In this document: positions 1 to 12,414 of the stretch, piece after piece
Layout of the letters: the number at the start of each line of letters is the position of its first letter
Position numbering within the stretch: the first letter of the stretch is position 1
Source of the DNA: Callorhinchus milii
Taxonomy: Eukaryota
Assembly: GCF_018977255.1 (NCBI RefSeq)
Contig: NW_024704743.1
Span: forward strand, 88,042,001-88,106,000
Length of the DNA stretch: 64,000 nt
Direction of reading: 5' to 3'
Translations under genes and position numbers: made by a program
The notes under the pieces: model-generated
The model's input: the letters and a program-made list of their open reading frames with translations, nothing else
Told to the model about the DNA's origin: nothing
Database searches by the model: none

Positions 1-104
1 TTTTGTTACTTGGAGCAATGTATACGTGTAACCTGTAAGTGTAGTAAAGACCAACTTTGGAACGGACAGACACATAAGATACAGAGTGTTGTTGCATTTT
101 CTTC

Positions 105-360
105 AGGTGAAATGTGAAACCAAGTCTATTCAGGTGGACATACACTATTTGAAAAGCGAACAGAGTTTCTCCCGGTGTGCTGTCCAACAATCCCCAAAAT
201 AAAATTGGTTATTCTGTTTGGTTGTTTGGGGATATTGTTGTGTCTAAATTGGCTGGAGGTTTGCCTACAAAATAGTTACTGCACTTTACAGTAAATCTTG
301 TGAAGCATTTTGAGAACATCCTCCTGATATGAAAGACACTATCAAATGCAAGAATGTTTT
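105..360 (+). mobile_element. DeuSINE-like SINE, 5'-truncated
   Basis: Contains caggtggaca...cactatttgaaa...tttctcccggtgt (Deu-domain-like) and the shared SINE tail gtgaagcattttgagaacatcctcctgatatgaaagacact...caaatgcaag. Confidence 0.8.
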
Positions 361-787
361 TTGGCATAACTATCTGTGATCATTCATTTAACCAACTCAC
401 TCTTTGCTTAAACAATGGTAGCAGAATACGAGGGAGAAAAAAGATGAGAGCAGCACTGTGACCATTATGTAGCAGAGAGTTGGTGGGTTAAAAGCTACAC
501 TAAATTTCCATGCATACTTCCATTGCTTCAGAGATTTAATGACAGGAATACAGTGTATGTGACATTGTTGGGCACATCACTGATCCTGTGCATGGCAGAA
601 ATTATATTGGAAATATTGCATTTTGGGAGCATTTTGTTGAACTGTCAGCATCCACTTGAGAGTAGCTCCTCAGGGAGCAGGAGGCAGAGGCTAACGCAGC
701 ATAAGGAGAGTTTGCAACCCTATTTACATCTAATTTTTCAAGCTGCAAGGAAGAAGTATCACAATCTCTATTTTCAGAATCATACCT

Positions 788-1449
788 TGACCCATTCAGC
801 CTTCCCTCATCTCTGCTACATTGTCCACTTCTGCCACTACCTCCCCCCTTAGGCCGCCAAGACCCTGATCCATCTTTTTATCACGTACAGGCTTGACTAT
901 TTTAACTCCCTTCTCCACAAGCTGCAGACTATTCTGAACTTTGCAGCTCGTGTTCTCTCCCACACCAGGCTCCGCGATCCATATCCCCACCTTTGCCTGG
1001 CATCAGTGGCTCCCCATCCCCCAGAGGTTTGAGTTCAAGATTGACATCCTCACCTTTAAAGCCCTCTATGTTCTTGCCCCACCCTATTTCTCCGACCTTC
1101 CAAAACCTTACCAAGCCGCTCGCTCCGTCCACTCGGCAGGCACTGGTCTGCTTCAATCCCCCACCCCTTTTGCCCCACTATTGGAGGTCAAGCCTTCAGC
1201 TTTTCTGCCCTCAACCCCTAGAGGTCCATCCTGGAGTCCCTTCACCTCGCCCCTTCTCTTGCCTCCTTTAAAATCCATCACAAGACCTTCTTCTTTGATT
1301 GCATCTCTGGTCATTTTTCTACCCCACCCCCCTTAATCTACATCCCTCCCAAACCAAACCCCAACTCGAGTGCAAACCCTCAACTGTCCAGTGCCTGGTA
1401 AGGTCCTACTTAAGTAAAAGGCACTCTATAAATGCAATTTGTTGTTGTT
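788..1449 (+). mobile_element. L2 LINE 3' fragment
   Basis: ORF 941-1336 contains WLPIPQRFEFKIDILTFKALYVLAPPYFSDL (L2 ORF2 C-terminus). C-rich 3' UTR and (TTG)n end. Confidence 0.9.
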
Positions 1450-1834
1450 TATTTTGTTGAAACACATCCTAAAATTTGCCTGGGGCATATTTGTATGCAT
1501 TGTGATTAACAACAAACTTGTATCTGAGCCATTAAATCTCAATTAGTTATGAGAAGTAAATAAAATACTTGATGTGGCTTCATTCACTTCAGTTTCCAAG
1601 AAACAAGCCTTTACATACTACATCTAAGTGTACATGGAGATGTTTTAAATATGGCAGTTTTCCAGATCACAGGATTCGTTACTTTACAGAGCATATTTTA
1701 TTTAAAACTTTGGATTTCAGAATATTATTCTGTGGTATTTTACGAGCATGGAAACATATTTTCTATAATCATTTTTATTGTAGTTTAAATAACAGTGCAA
1801 ATTTTTAATATAACGTTTTTTTGTTGCCAGGTTT

Positions 1835-1945
1835 CTTTACAAAATGCACAAACACTGCAGTAAATCCTTTGCAGGGCTTTGCGATGCTTTGTGATATCTT
1901 CCCGATATCAAAGGCACTATATCAAATGCAAGGATTTTGTTATTT
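1835..1945 (+). mobile_element. SINE 3' tail fragment
   Basis: aaggcactatatcaaatgcaaggatt terminus shared with the other SINE copies. Confidence 0.7.
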
Positions 1946-2205
1946 ATTTTCTTTTTCTTCATCAGATCACCTCTAAGATCAGAAAAGGCATTCGGCATTA
2001 GCATTGAATAATCTACATGAGGAAAAAAAAATTATTAATTTCTGAAACATGCAGAAAATCCTTGATACAGTTTGGTTCAGTACCATAGTTTTGTCAGTGC
2101 TACACATTGTACAATGATGATATTATGGTGAGTGTTATCACAAGAAGCAGCACTGAGATTGTACACCTTCATAGTTAGTCATTGTCCTTGAAGTTGCTGT
2201 TAGTT

Positions 2206-2280
2206 GCAGCGCCTTGGGATGTCCTCCCGATGTGAAAGGTGCTATACAAATGTAATCTTGATGTTGTTGTTGTTGTTGTC
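2206..2280 (+). mobile_element. L2 extreme 3' tail only
   Basis: cagcgccttgggatgtcctcccgatgtgaaaggtgctatacaaatgtaa followed by (TTG)n. Confidence 0.85.
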
Positions 2281-2446
2281 ACATTGAGGTCCTTTAAACG
2301 GCGCACTGCTGCTTACTGGAGTATAATGTTACACATGGGTTTGCTTATTGCACAAATGGCATGTGGACCCCATTTACTGGTCATACAAAGCAGCTAGCCG
2401 TACTTCTCATCAGGTTACACCTGATGTCACCTCCTTCCAGCTGACA

Positions 2447-2657
2447 AAGTGATGTCGGCAGCAACTTCATGACCTGGGAGTTGGCCATTTTTGTGTTCCG
2501 CTGCACAACCTGGATGCCTGTCGGCTTCGCACTAAGATTGGCCTACATCTGGATCGTCAGGTTTACATTGAATTCACTTCCTGCACATAGGCAGAAATGC
2601 TTCCTAATCTTAAAAATGGCCAACTTTCAGGCCACCAAGTTACCAACAACATCACTT
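2447..2657. repeat. Inverted repeat (~46-bp arms), probable non-autonomous DNA-element remnant
   Basis: 2447-2492 (aagtgatgtcggcagcaacttcatgacctgggagttggccattttt) is an imperfect reverse complement of 2612-2657 (aaaaatggccaactttcaggccaccaagttaccaacaacatcactt). Related text lies at ~24070-24105 and ~27225-27275. Confidence 0.6.
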
Positions 2658-3135
2658 CCTGTGCACTGGCACTATAATGGATAACTGGCCAGTTTATAAT
2701 GAGAGTTGCCGTGTATTTTGATTTGTTTTGTTCTTGTCACACAAAGAATGAGGAATCACAGAATGTTTACAACACAGAAGGGGCCCATCGGATGAAGCTG
2801 TTCTTTCACCTTCAGTTTTCAGAAACCTGCCAAAAAGGCAGCTTTTGTTTTAAGTCACCTTTTTATTTTGAATTTATAGTGGCAAACAGGAGCTTAATTA
2901 TTCATTCATTCAGCTCTTGTTTGCCGCTATAAATTGGGTACTAAACTTTGGATGCTAATTCAGTTTCCTGACTCATTCAAGCTTGGTAACTGCTCCAAAG
3001 CATGAGTATTTCACCAACAATAACTTGTTTGAATAAAACTATTCTGGAGAGAGGATGATAGGATCAACCCTTTGAAGCTGATAAACTTTTAAAGATAGAT
3101 ACTGATGTTGGTGCCCATTTTGTAATGGATAAATA

Positions 3136-3500
3136 CTACTAATAATTCTTCCATTTGATATAATGCTTATAACATTGAAACTTCTCAGCCATTTAGAGGT
3201 ATTTTCTGTCAAATGTAGTATTTTGTAGGCAAATGCAACACCCTATATTGACCACAGCAATAATCAAACACCCATGAAGTGGTTGACCAGCTTATCATTT
3301 ATTAGATACTATGTTAAAAAATTAGATACTTTAGCTTTGTTCAGCAGGAGAAATTGGATAAAATTCAAAGAAGTAGAAGCAATAATAATACAATATTAGA
3401 AAATAATCCTTACATTTGATATAATGCCTTATCGAATCATCTGAAAGTGCTGCATAGAATTTACTGTGAAGTGTAGTGACTGTACTTGTAGGCAAAGTAA
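3136..3500 (-). mobile_element. Two degraded SINE tail fragments (~3136-3295 and ~3400-3500)
   Basis: Both begin with aataat(t/c)ctt(c/a)catttgatata, the reverse complement of the SINE terminus. Confidence 0.6.
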
Positions 3501-4264
3501 TTAAAAGGATTAATATATCTTGCAACAGGGTTAATAATCTGCACATGACACCAATGCATATTCCTGACTGAAATCATCTGTTTTAATTCAGTATACAGAT
3601 AAATACAAGATGATAGCAATTACAAATTCACTTGTCTTTTCATTAAATAGCTGTAACCTTCATTGTCAGCTTGATGGATTGATGTCTTATATGGAGTCGT
3701 ATACCATTTGACACAAGACCGATTTATGCTCCCATTCTTTTGAATGGTTGATAGCTTCAACTTTTGCGCTCCAGGAAGCTGCGTTCAGTGTTGCCACTAA
3801 GCACTCAGTCCACGATAAATTAAAAGCTTAAAAAATGAACCTGCTAATGCTGTGCCAATGCAGCTATTCTGTCCTCAGCTCCGTGCAAGCACAATTCTTT
3901 TTTCCACCATTCATGGTCTTTAGCCTACCATAAGACCACCCTCATCCATTAGGACGAAGTGGTCAAAGGTGAGAAATTGTCTATAGTTGCCTCTAAAATT
4001 GTTGAGTGGTTGGCAAAGAAAAGGCATGGCTGTTTTAAGCTAAATCCATTTTGGCTCTCCTGAGATGGATAACTTGACCCACACGAAGCACACCACCTGG
4101 CTGCTGCCACAAACGAAAGAAATGCATTCCGACTACAGCAGATGGTTGTGAGCAGCAGGCAACCCTGGGAACCGTATTTGGGATCAGGAACGTGTGTGGA
4201 ATGAGTCAGCAGGAGCAGCATGGACTCCTTCCTCAAAATACATAATAATAATAATCGCAGGAGG

Positions 4265-4484
4265 AGAAATTCCACTGAGGTCGAGATTTACTCTGTGTAA
4301 CATTTCAGAGTGTCTAAAATTTGGCAAATTGTTGAATTTGGTCTGAAGCCTGTTTCATGTAGATTTTAAAATATTGCATACAAATCCAGCTTCAAAATTA
4401 AGGCTGTGTTTAAGAATTTGTCAAATTCTGGATGCTCTGAAATATTAAGAAAATACAGTATATATAGACCTGGGTGGAATTTCT
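4265..4484. mobile_element. Palindromic MITE-like element, copy 1
   Basis: Ends are agaaattccactgaggtc and gacctgggtggaatttct. Inner arms are atttcagagtgtctaaaatttggcaaatt and aatttgtcaaattctggatgctctgaaat. The centre is ttttaaaa. Confidence 0.7.
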
Positions 4485-4800
4485 ATCTAACAGTCTGTCC
4501 AAGTAATATCAGTCCAATTTCACCAAAATGTAGTCATTGTTTCCTTATAATACCTGTTGTGTTAATAAGTGTTGCAGGGAGAAGTATCCCAGCATCCCTG
4601 TAACTGTGAGAAAGGGCATTCACTCTGGGCAAATATGAACACTTCTATGAATCCTATTCCCTATGACCATCTGGCCATCAGTAGCAATATAATACATGCT
4701 TCTAACATTATTACATTCAAGCTTTTTTACATCATGTTCTGTTTGTACATTTCCATGTTTTTTCACCCGCTGTACAATAATATATTGTTTTCCTAAAATT

Positions 4801-5128
4801 CAGGGAGGGTAGAGGGGTTAGGAGGGCGGCTGAAGGCACAGTCGAAAAGGAGGGTCTTGAGTCAAAACTTGAAGGAGGCAAAGGGATTGTTGGATGGAGT
4901 TCCAAAGTGTGAGGGCAGAGTGGCTGAAAGCCCGGCTGCTGATGGTAGGCAGGTCGGGCGGAAGATCTGGAGCAGGCTGGAACCTGCTGAACAGAGGGAG
5001 TGGACAGGTTGATGGGGGATCAGCAGGTCAGAGAGGTAGGAGGGGGCAAGGCCATGGAGGGCCTTGAAGGTGAGAACGAGGATTTTGAATTCTATCCTCT
5101 GAGGGATGGGGAGCCAGTGGAGCTGGGC
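4801..5128 (-). mobile_element. L2 LINE 3' fragment
   Basis: Reverse complement of the L2 HWLPIPQRIEFKILVLTFKALHGLAP region and 3' UTR. Confidence 0.9.
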
Positions 5129-6834
5129 TCACACCTGAAAGAGCAAAAATACAGATTTTTTTAATATACATTGCAGCCTCTCAGAGTACCTCAGCTAATC
5201 TCTGCACACAGTGCAGCAACACCAGGATTAAAATCAGACAAAAGGTTATAACAAGGTTGCTGGAAAGTGGAGCTTCCCCTCCCCCTCCATCCTGAAGTAT
5301 ACTATCCAATAACAAAATAATCGCAGGTCCACTGCTATGCTAAAGCAGGGTGTAATTAATACAAAACTACTCACAAAGCTCAAGAGATTCAACAATAACT
5401 GTGTGGATGCTCTTAACATCTACAAGTGGAAATCCTCTAGCTTCAACAAACCCCGTCTCAGTGAGGAGGGTAAGACTCCCAGAATTAAGAGGTCTAGTGA
5501 TATCCTTGACAACAGAGACCAAGAGCCATCAAAATAGACCCTCAGCAACTATGGGCACTGACCCTACATCCACTCTTTCAGCAGTTCTCATGAAAGCATG
5601 AAAATCAGGTCGATTTACTTTCATTCGGGATAGTCTATAATCCAATCTTGATCTTGTTGTGAAAGGTGATGTAAGAAAGTGTTCAATTCCAATGCCTATG
5701 AACTCTGAGGATTTTGTAGTGCAATAAATAGTATGTACGTTCCAAGAAAAATTGAGAATCAATAGCTTTTGCAAGATCCAAGTGAACTGTTCTTTTTTCA
5801 CAAACCTCTCTGCTGGTATGGATGTAAAAGGCCTGATTTCTTTTAAAAATTCCAGATTAAAGGCTTACGAAATCGTAACCCCCCTGTACAGAAAACTTAA
5901 AAGTCTTCATTTTTAATTTCTGCATTCATCATCGGCAAGAACCCTGTAACCAATACCGAACTATAACTAGAATGTATCTGAAATAAAAATAAATCAAATG
6001 TAATTGTTTGAACAATACAACACATGAAATATATTGCCATGGTGTTTTTTTTTTACAATTCTTTGATGGCTTTATCTGATGCAGTCTTGGCACCAGTCAC
6101 GTTACAGCCACCATCCTGAATCCCAGAGGTCCTGAGATTAATGGCTGTAGCTTTATGCTGTAGTGAGCTGATACTGTTACAGATTGTATTCACACATCTG
6201 GCGTGCCACACTTCCCCACTTGGCACTAATGCCAGGATTTCACGATGCAGTCACAGAATCTCTTACGAGTTCCCCTACTTAACTGTTTGTATCCAGGGAA
6301 CAGGAGAGAGTCAGTTTTCAGAACATCTTGTGCTTGGCGGATATCACTGCAGTTGTCCTTTATTTATTTTTTGCCTTTTTAGGGACATTTCCGTTGTGTG
6401 CCTCAACCTTGTTTAAACAACATCTGTAAAATATTGATGGTTTTCAAACACAGAAGACAAGATGCTACCATCTGCGCAGGGGGTGCTCATATTTACCTCA
6501 GTTTCACTACTTGTTTTTGCTTTATTTGGAGGCTGAGAAAGTGAGATAATAAAACAAACAGTAATTGTGCTGTTAGTAGACAAGACTGCCATGCCATTGT
6601 TTGGGAGTAGAAACCGGGATGAATTAATTTTGATAATCCATGGAGGTTGACTTGCGGTTCAGCCTCTGATCACTAAGATTGCACATATTTTGAGGGACAA
6701 CATTTTCTTTGAAATGGTGAGGGTGTTTTTTGTTACTGTGGGTCACTGCTCATTTCTGACTCCTGCTCATAGTAAGAAAAAGAGGAGTCAAAATTATTAC
6801 ATGAAACATATCTACGGAACATGCATTCTGTAAA

Positions 6835-7118
6835 TAATAATAATAATCCTTGCATTTGATATAGCGATTTTCACGTCTTCTAGATGTCTCAAAGCACTTC
6901 ACAGAATATACTATAAAGTGAATTGTATATTTGTGGGCGAAACACAGCAGCCAATTGCGCACGAGGTGTCCCACAAACAAATTATTATTTGTTTTTCTTG
7001 AGGGATTATCAAGCATGTGGAGTAAGGAAACTTGCCCAAGGTTTCACCCTGCCAGGAATTGAACCCAGGTCTCTCACTTGCAAGGTGAGTGCTCTAACCA
7101 CTGAGCTCAGGACTCCAC
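6835..7118 (-). mobile_element. Full-length tRNA-Ala-derived SINE (intermediate subfamily, TAGAA-type tail loop)
   Basis: Head gtggagtcctgagctcagtggttagagc...ggttcaattcc (A/B boxes) at the right end and (ATT)n tail at the left. Possible GTAAA TSD (6830-6834 / 7120-7124). Confidence 0.9.
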
Positions 7119-9123
7119 AGTAAAGCGCTATTAGAAACAAGTTTCCTTGCCGTGGTGACTAAATCTCACAAACATGCTGCACTAAAGTGTATTTCTATGT
7201 TATCCCTTAATATTATCCAGATCACAACAATACTGCATGCATGGGTGCCTCTGAACTCCTGCCAGACGAGCTGGGTCAGGCCTGTGATATCCTTTGAATA
7301 GTAAATTTCACATCTTGCCTCCCTAATGCCTCATTGCTTATACGGTCTGGAATATTCGTTCCCATTTCCAATTAGTAAAATATCCATGTGGTTTATGATT
7401 GGGGGTGATGGATCTGTCGGTGAGGAATGGAGGCGATTTTTCAACTCCTCTGCATTCCCATAGGCATGCAGCATTTGACAGATTGGACAGAAGCACCGTG
7501 GAGGAGTCTGACACAGATGGTGTAATTAGAAAATGCGAAGTGAGGGTGTGAAATTTATCTTTGATCAGCACCTTCTCGCCAGATTGTCATCTATGTTAAT
7601 ATTAAGCAGTTTGTGAGATATATGAAAAGCAGCAGCCTTCAGGTGGAATATGTACTATTGTGATGTGCTGTTCAGTCACAAAGCAGCATTCATTTTGTCA
7701 CATTTACATTCCTGGGGACAAGGTGCCTATTTGAACAGAATTTTCTCTTAAAATAGAATTATTTGTGATTTTACAGTAAATATTAAAACAAATTCATGAA
7801 AGCTACAGTATGAAAGGGACAATACAAAGGATTGAATTATTCTCTCTGCATCTGAATAATCTCAAAGCAATTTAAGTAAATGGAACTCTGTACACAAAGG
7901 ATTTCTTTACTTTTCTGCATTCAGACACAAGATGTTCCTCATGTTGTTTCTACCATAGTATCTACTTGCTTCAGATATTTAGTTTGTTTGGGAAAAATAG
8001 CATAATAAATGGTTAGTCACGTTTTTAGATGTTGCAGTGTGTAATTAACATTATAGTCTTCTGATATAGCTCCCCTCTCTTGTAATTGCTTAAAGGTGCA
8101 GAAGATACATGAGGATGTTTTTTCCTTTGCTGTACTGGGTAGAGAGCAGCTTTTTGTCAAAATAAGCCATTAGCTATAATGGCATGTAGGTGTAATGGAA
8201 TGTGCTTTAAACATCTGTGCTGAGAGCAGGGGAGAAATTGCCGCATGCAGACCTGGGGCTTTGGGGAGCATGATTAAGGATTGCTTCAGAGAACTTGAGA
8301 TCTGGCATGGGATGCAAAAATGAAGAAAGAAAATAGTGCTAATAGATTTACAGACACTCTGCAGGGAGAACAAAGAATTTAACATTTTCACTGTGTCTAA
8401 TGCTTGTTTCTGGTACACCAAACCTTTGTGAAATAGATGATCTCACAGATTACTGAGCACAGCACAGTATTTGCTCCATGCATGATTTATTGTAAATGGT
8501 CATTAATAATACTGAATAGGTACCGTGTGTTTTAAAGATGATTTATTTTATGGATTGTATGATTTTGATATCTTTAAGGTGAGATAGTGTGGCTAGATTT
8601 TCTGTGCATACTTTTATGATGGAAGTAATAAATAATTCAGATGCTCCTAAATATTACACTATGATTTGCAAGTATCTCAGCAGACCTTTCGAACTTTTTT
8701 TTCCATACTGTAGTATATGATGAGGCACTAGTGTATTTATTTGTTACTGCTTATCTAAATTATCATTGTGCATTTGAAAAGGAGTGACCAGTGAATCATA
8801 GAAATAAGGGTACAATTTGAAGCATTTCAATTTGCAGCATTTAATTCTTTCACCACGCCTATGATCACTTCCATCTTCCCCTTCTCCCTTGCTCGATGTC
8901 CGACCCTGTCATTCCAAAGTGCTTACAGACATCCTATGTGAAAGGTTATACATAAATGCAAATTGTTGTTAAGAAACACCGTAAAGTTTACTCCAATGTT
9001 TGTTTCGTTTTAACAAAATCTGGCCACTTACAAAGGAACACAATATTGTGTCCAGCTGTACTTTCTATTATTATCTAGACCTGTGAATTGCTTTATATAG
9101 TGTATACACAGCATATTTAATAA

Positions 9124-9546
9124 AATAATACTTGCATTTCATACAACACCTTTCATGTCAGGAAAATGTCACAAAGTGCTTCACATGATTTATAATAAAG
9201 TATTTTGTAGACTGAATGTGGCTGCTAATTTTTGCACAGCAATTTGTAAAAATGACATGAAGTGAATGACCAATTCTATTTGAATTTTATTTGGGAGATT
9301 GTTGCTCAGGATAATGGGAGAAACTCCATTGTCTATGAGACCTTTAATATTAACCTGAACTGGCATACAGGATCTTATTTTAACATCTCGTCTAAGAGGC
9401 AACACTTCAAACAATACTGAACATCCACTGCACTGCATTTGGCTTGCAGCCTCGACTATACAAGTTCAAAATCCTAATGTGGGGCTTCAACCCACAACCT
9501 TTCATCTTGACTGTGAAAGTACTACCAATGGAGCCATGCTGACATC
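9124..9546 (-). mobile_element. DeuSINE-like SINE, near full length
   Basis: Minus strand reads tgtcagcatggctccattggtagt...ggttgtgggttgaagcccc (tRNA-like head), then a Deu-like middle and the shared tail. Confidence 0.8.
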
Positions 9547-11406
9547 TGCCTGACATGCCACTGATATGTTAAATGGATGTAGAGATAACCAGAACAAGTT
9601 TAATTTAATCAATGTCATTAATAGATTGACTCTTCTTTGGTTTCCAAAATTTGAAAAATTAATGGTCATTGTTTTTATTTGCAGAATTATTAGATCAGTT
9701 AACTAGTTAATTGTGGCAAAAGTAATGTAGTGCAAAGCACATTTTGAGAGTTTACTTCGACATTGTGGCTTAACGGGAGCTGAATGGGAATAATCCCTTG
9801 CTTCCAGTTTCTGGTCTGCCCTTCCAAGTCCTGCCGATGAGCTAGGCTGGTTAGGTTGTCATCAGCGGTGCCTTGGAGCTCTGCAGACCTGACTGGCTGA
9901 GGAACCGGACGATCAAGACCACCACAGAAGGTTGGCTCGATTCTGACATTCCGTTGCCAAATATTCCACTTTAGTGCCAGCTCAGCTCCAAGGAGACTGA
10001 GCTTACCTCCTCCACTCCCAGAGGATAGTCACTAGTTAGTCATTGGATGTCCACCAAACATGGGTTTGAGCCCTCACAAGGCAGTATCAGGAATTCTCTG
10101 CGAGCTTGTTGATGGCAATATTGCTCAGTGTGAAATGTGTGAGAACATTGCCGCCGTTTTCCTGCCGACAGTTCAGTCATGCATCTCCTCCCATTGACCA
10201 ATGGTTCCTCTAGTTGGAGATGCGGAGCTTGAGCAGCAGCTGCTTACCTCTCTGTAAACCAAACAAGGCAGATTCCAAGTGCTGGGTGTATGAACGCATG
10301 TTCACGAACTATGTTAAATTGATAAGAACTGAATCAGTCATTATAAATTGCCCTAGGTTTTCCCATTCCAATAATAGTTGTATATCTTCCCATCATGATG
10401 TTGGCATCTAAATGTTCCTTTCTACGTTGCTTTACCAAATTGTTATTGGCTTTGGTGCTTCACTTTTCCATTTGATTGCCATTTGGGCTGAATTTCTGGT
10501 TGGTGTTACATGTAGGCCGCAGCCATGAATGTGATTTCTCCATTATAATCACACATTGCCAACATGGATTTCAGCACCTTTGTGTGTTAATTTTTGAAAG
10601 ATAATGCATTTGATTAGGTGATTCAACTTGCATGAGATAAAATTTGAAAGCAAACTAGAATTAATGCTATGTACAGCAAATTATTCATAAATCATTGAAC
10701 TTGAGAAAGTCTTGTTCCATTTTGATCATTTTTTCTTCAAAATTATTAACTGTGAAGCAAAATTTATTTCAAGTTTGTACAATTTATTCTTGAAAGCTTT
10801 TGTGATGACTGCCAATCTCTCATTCATTTAGATTTTTTTTTGAAGTATTCCATAGATGATTCTTACTTTGCAGCTCAAAATCTAAGAAATTCAGCCTGGA
10901 ACCAACTCAAAAAATCCAATTTAAAACTGTCAGGTATTATTATTCCCCTTGTAGACTTGCATTGGTATCTTCACATTATAATGCATATCGCAGACTATCT
11001 GGATCTGCAATCAATATAACCTTTTGCATGTTCTGATCATGTTCCAAGATTGTTTCACTGTGGGATCGAATTATGCATCTTTTGCATCAATACCATCCTG
11101 AATATTAATATTTACAGGAATCTTGTCTTTTGCTTGCTTGGCATTCAAGGAGAAAACTTATAAGATGACAACTCAGAGAATCTCTTTGATCTTTACTTTT
11201 CCTGAGNAAAAATATTCTATTAAACAGATCTCTCCAAATACACTCTGCATTCAGCTGAAGACTGCTCTGGTATATCGTATTTATATATAGGTATATCGTA
11301 TTGGCTGGGCAGCAGTAAGGCACTGAAAGGGATTTAATAGCTTTGGGCAACGACTTGAAAGTGTGTCCGTGTATATTTGTCTGGTAATAATTCCTTTAAT
11401 AATTGC

Positions 11407-11610
11407 AATAATCCCTCAAGAAAAAAAAGCAATAATAAAAATTGGTCACTTCAATTCACGACTGTTTGTGGAACACTGCTTTGCGCAATTGACTGCCGCA
11501 TTTCACCCACAAATACAGTCAATTCACTTTACAGTCTATTCTGTGAAGTGCTTTGAGACGTCTAGAAGATGTGAAAAGAGCTATATCAAATGCAAGGATG
11601 ATGATTATGA
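11407..11610 (+). mobile_element. tRNA-Ala SINE family, 5'-truncated
   Basis: Matches the 3' two-thirds of 45576-45893. Tail is gagacgtctagaagatgtgaaaagagctatatcaaatgcaagg. Confidence 0.9.
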
Positions 11611-11704
11611 TCATAACTTGAAAATTGTTTGTTTAAACATTTTTTTGAATGAAGCATTTTTGCCCAAGATCTCCTTTCACTCGTCTTATGACTATCTTAT
11701 AACT

Positions 11705-12028
11705 ATAATAATAATAATAATAATAATCCTTGCATTTGATATAGCGCTTTTCACGTCGGGAGGACGTCCCAAAGCGCTTCACAGAATAGACTGTAAAGTG
11801 AATTGACTGTATATTTGTGGGCGAACGCGGCAGCCAATTGCGCCCAGCAATGTCCCACAAACAGTCGTAGATTGAAAATGACCAATTTATTATTGTTTTG
11901 TTTTGGAGGGATTATTATTAGGCGTGTGGAGTAAGGAAACTTGCCCAAGGTTTCGCCCTGTCTGGAATTGAACTCAGGTCTCTCGCTTGCAAAGCGAGTG
12001 CTCTAACCACTGAGCTACAGGACTCCAC
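11705..12028 (-). mobile_element. Full-length young tRNA-Ala-derived SINE
   Basis: Nearly identical to 26663-26994 and 45576-45893, with CpGs retained, A/B boxes and an (ATT)n tail. Confidence 0.95.
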
Positions 12029-12029
12029 T

Positions 12030-12350
12030 ATGACCCCATGTCACTGATTTCCCTCCAAGTGAAAATAGCTTCTCTCCATTTACCTAGTTAAAACCCTTGT
12101 CCTTTTTCCTGTAGCCATTTAGAATTCAAATGTTTATCTAATTCCCTTTTAAATGTTATGATCTCGGGGTCAATAACCACTTGTAGCCAAGGTTTCCATC
12201 TTCTAATAACTCATTATAAATATGATTCATCCACCTTAATTCTTGCTGTAACAATTCTGAATTTATGCCCCTTGTGACCAATTTACCATATATTAGGTAT
12301 AGTCTTTCAATAGCTATCCTCTTGAAACCTTTTAAAATTTTGAAGGAAGT
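12030..12350 (-). mobile_element. Degraded CR1-like 3' ORF2 fragment
   Basis: ORF 12156-12356 KTSFKILKGFKRIAIERLYL..LVTRG resembles the CR1 C-terminus seen at 60559-61311 (KIMKGFDRLDREKLF...VTRGH). Confidence 0.6.
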
Positions 12351-12414
12351 CTTCACAAAAAACAGTCATGAAGTTAAAGACCAGTAGTGTCTAGAGGGTT
12401 GTTGGCCAGCCGGG

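Noticed and set aside
11207..11207. Single ambiguous base n
   Set aside because: Assembly ambiguity or gap marker, not biology. Adjacency across it should be treated with caution.
11363..11860. ORFs with poly-Ile/poly-Tyr and recurring [14 protein letters not shown] peptides
   Set aside because: These are translations of the SINE tail and the (ATT)n repeat.
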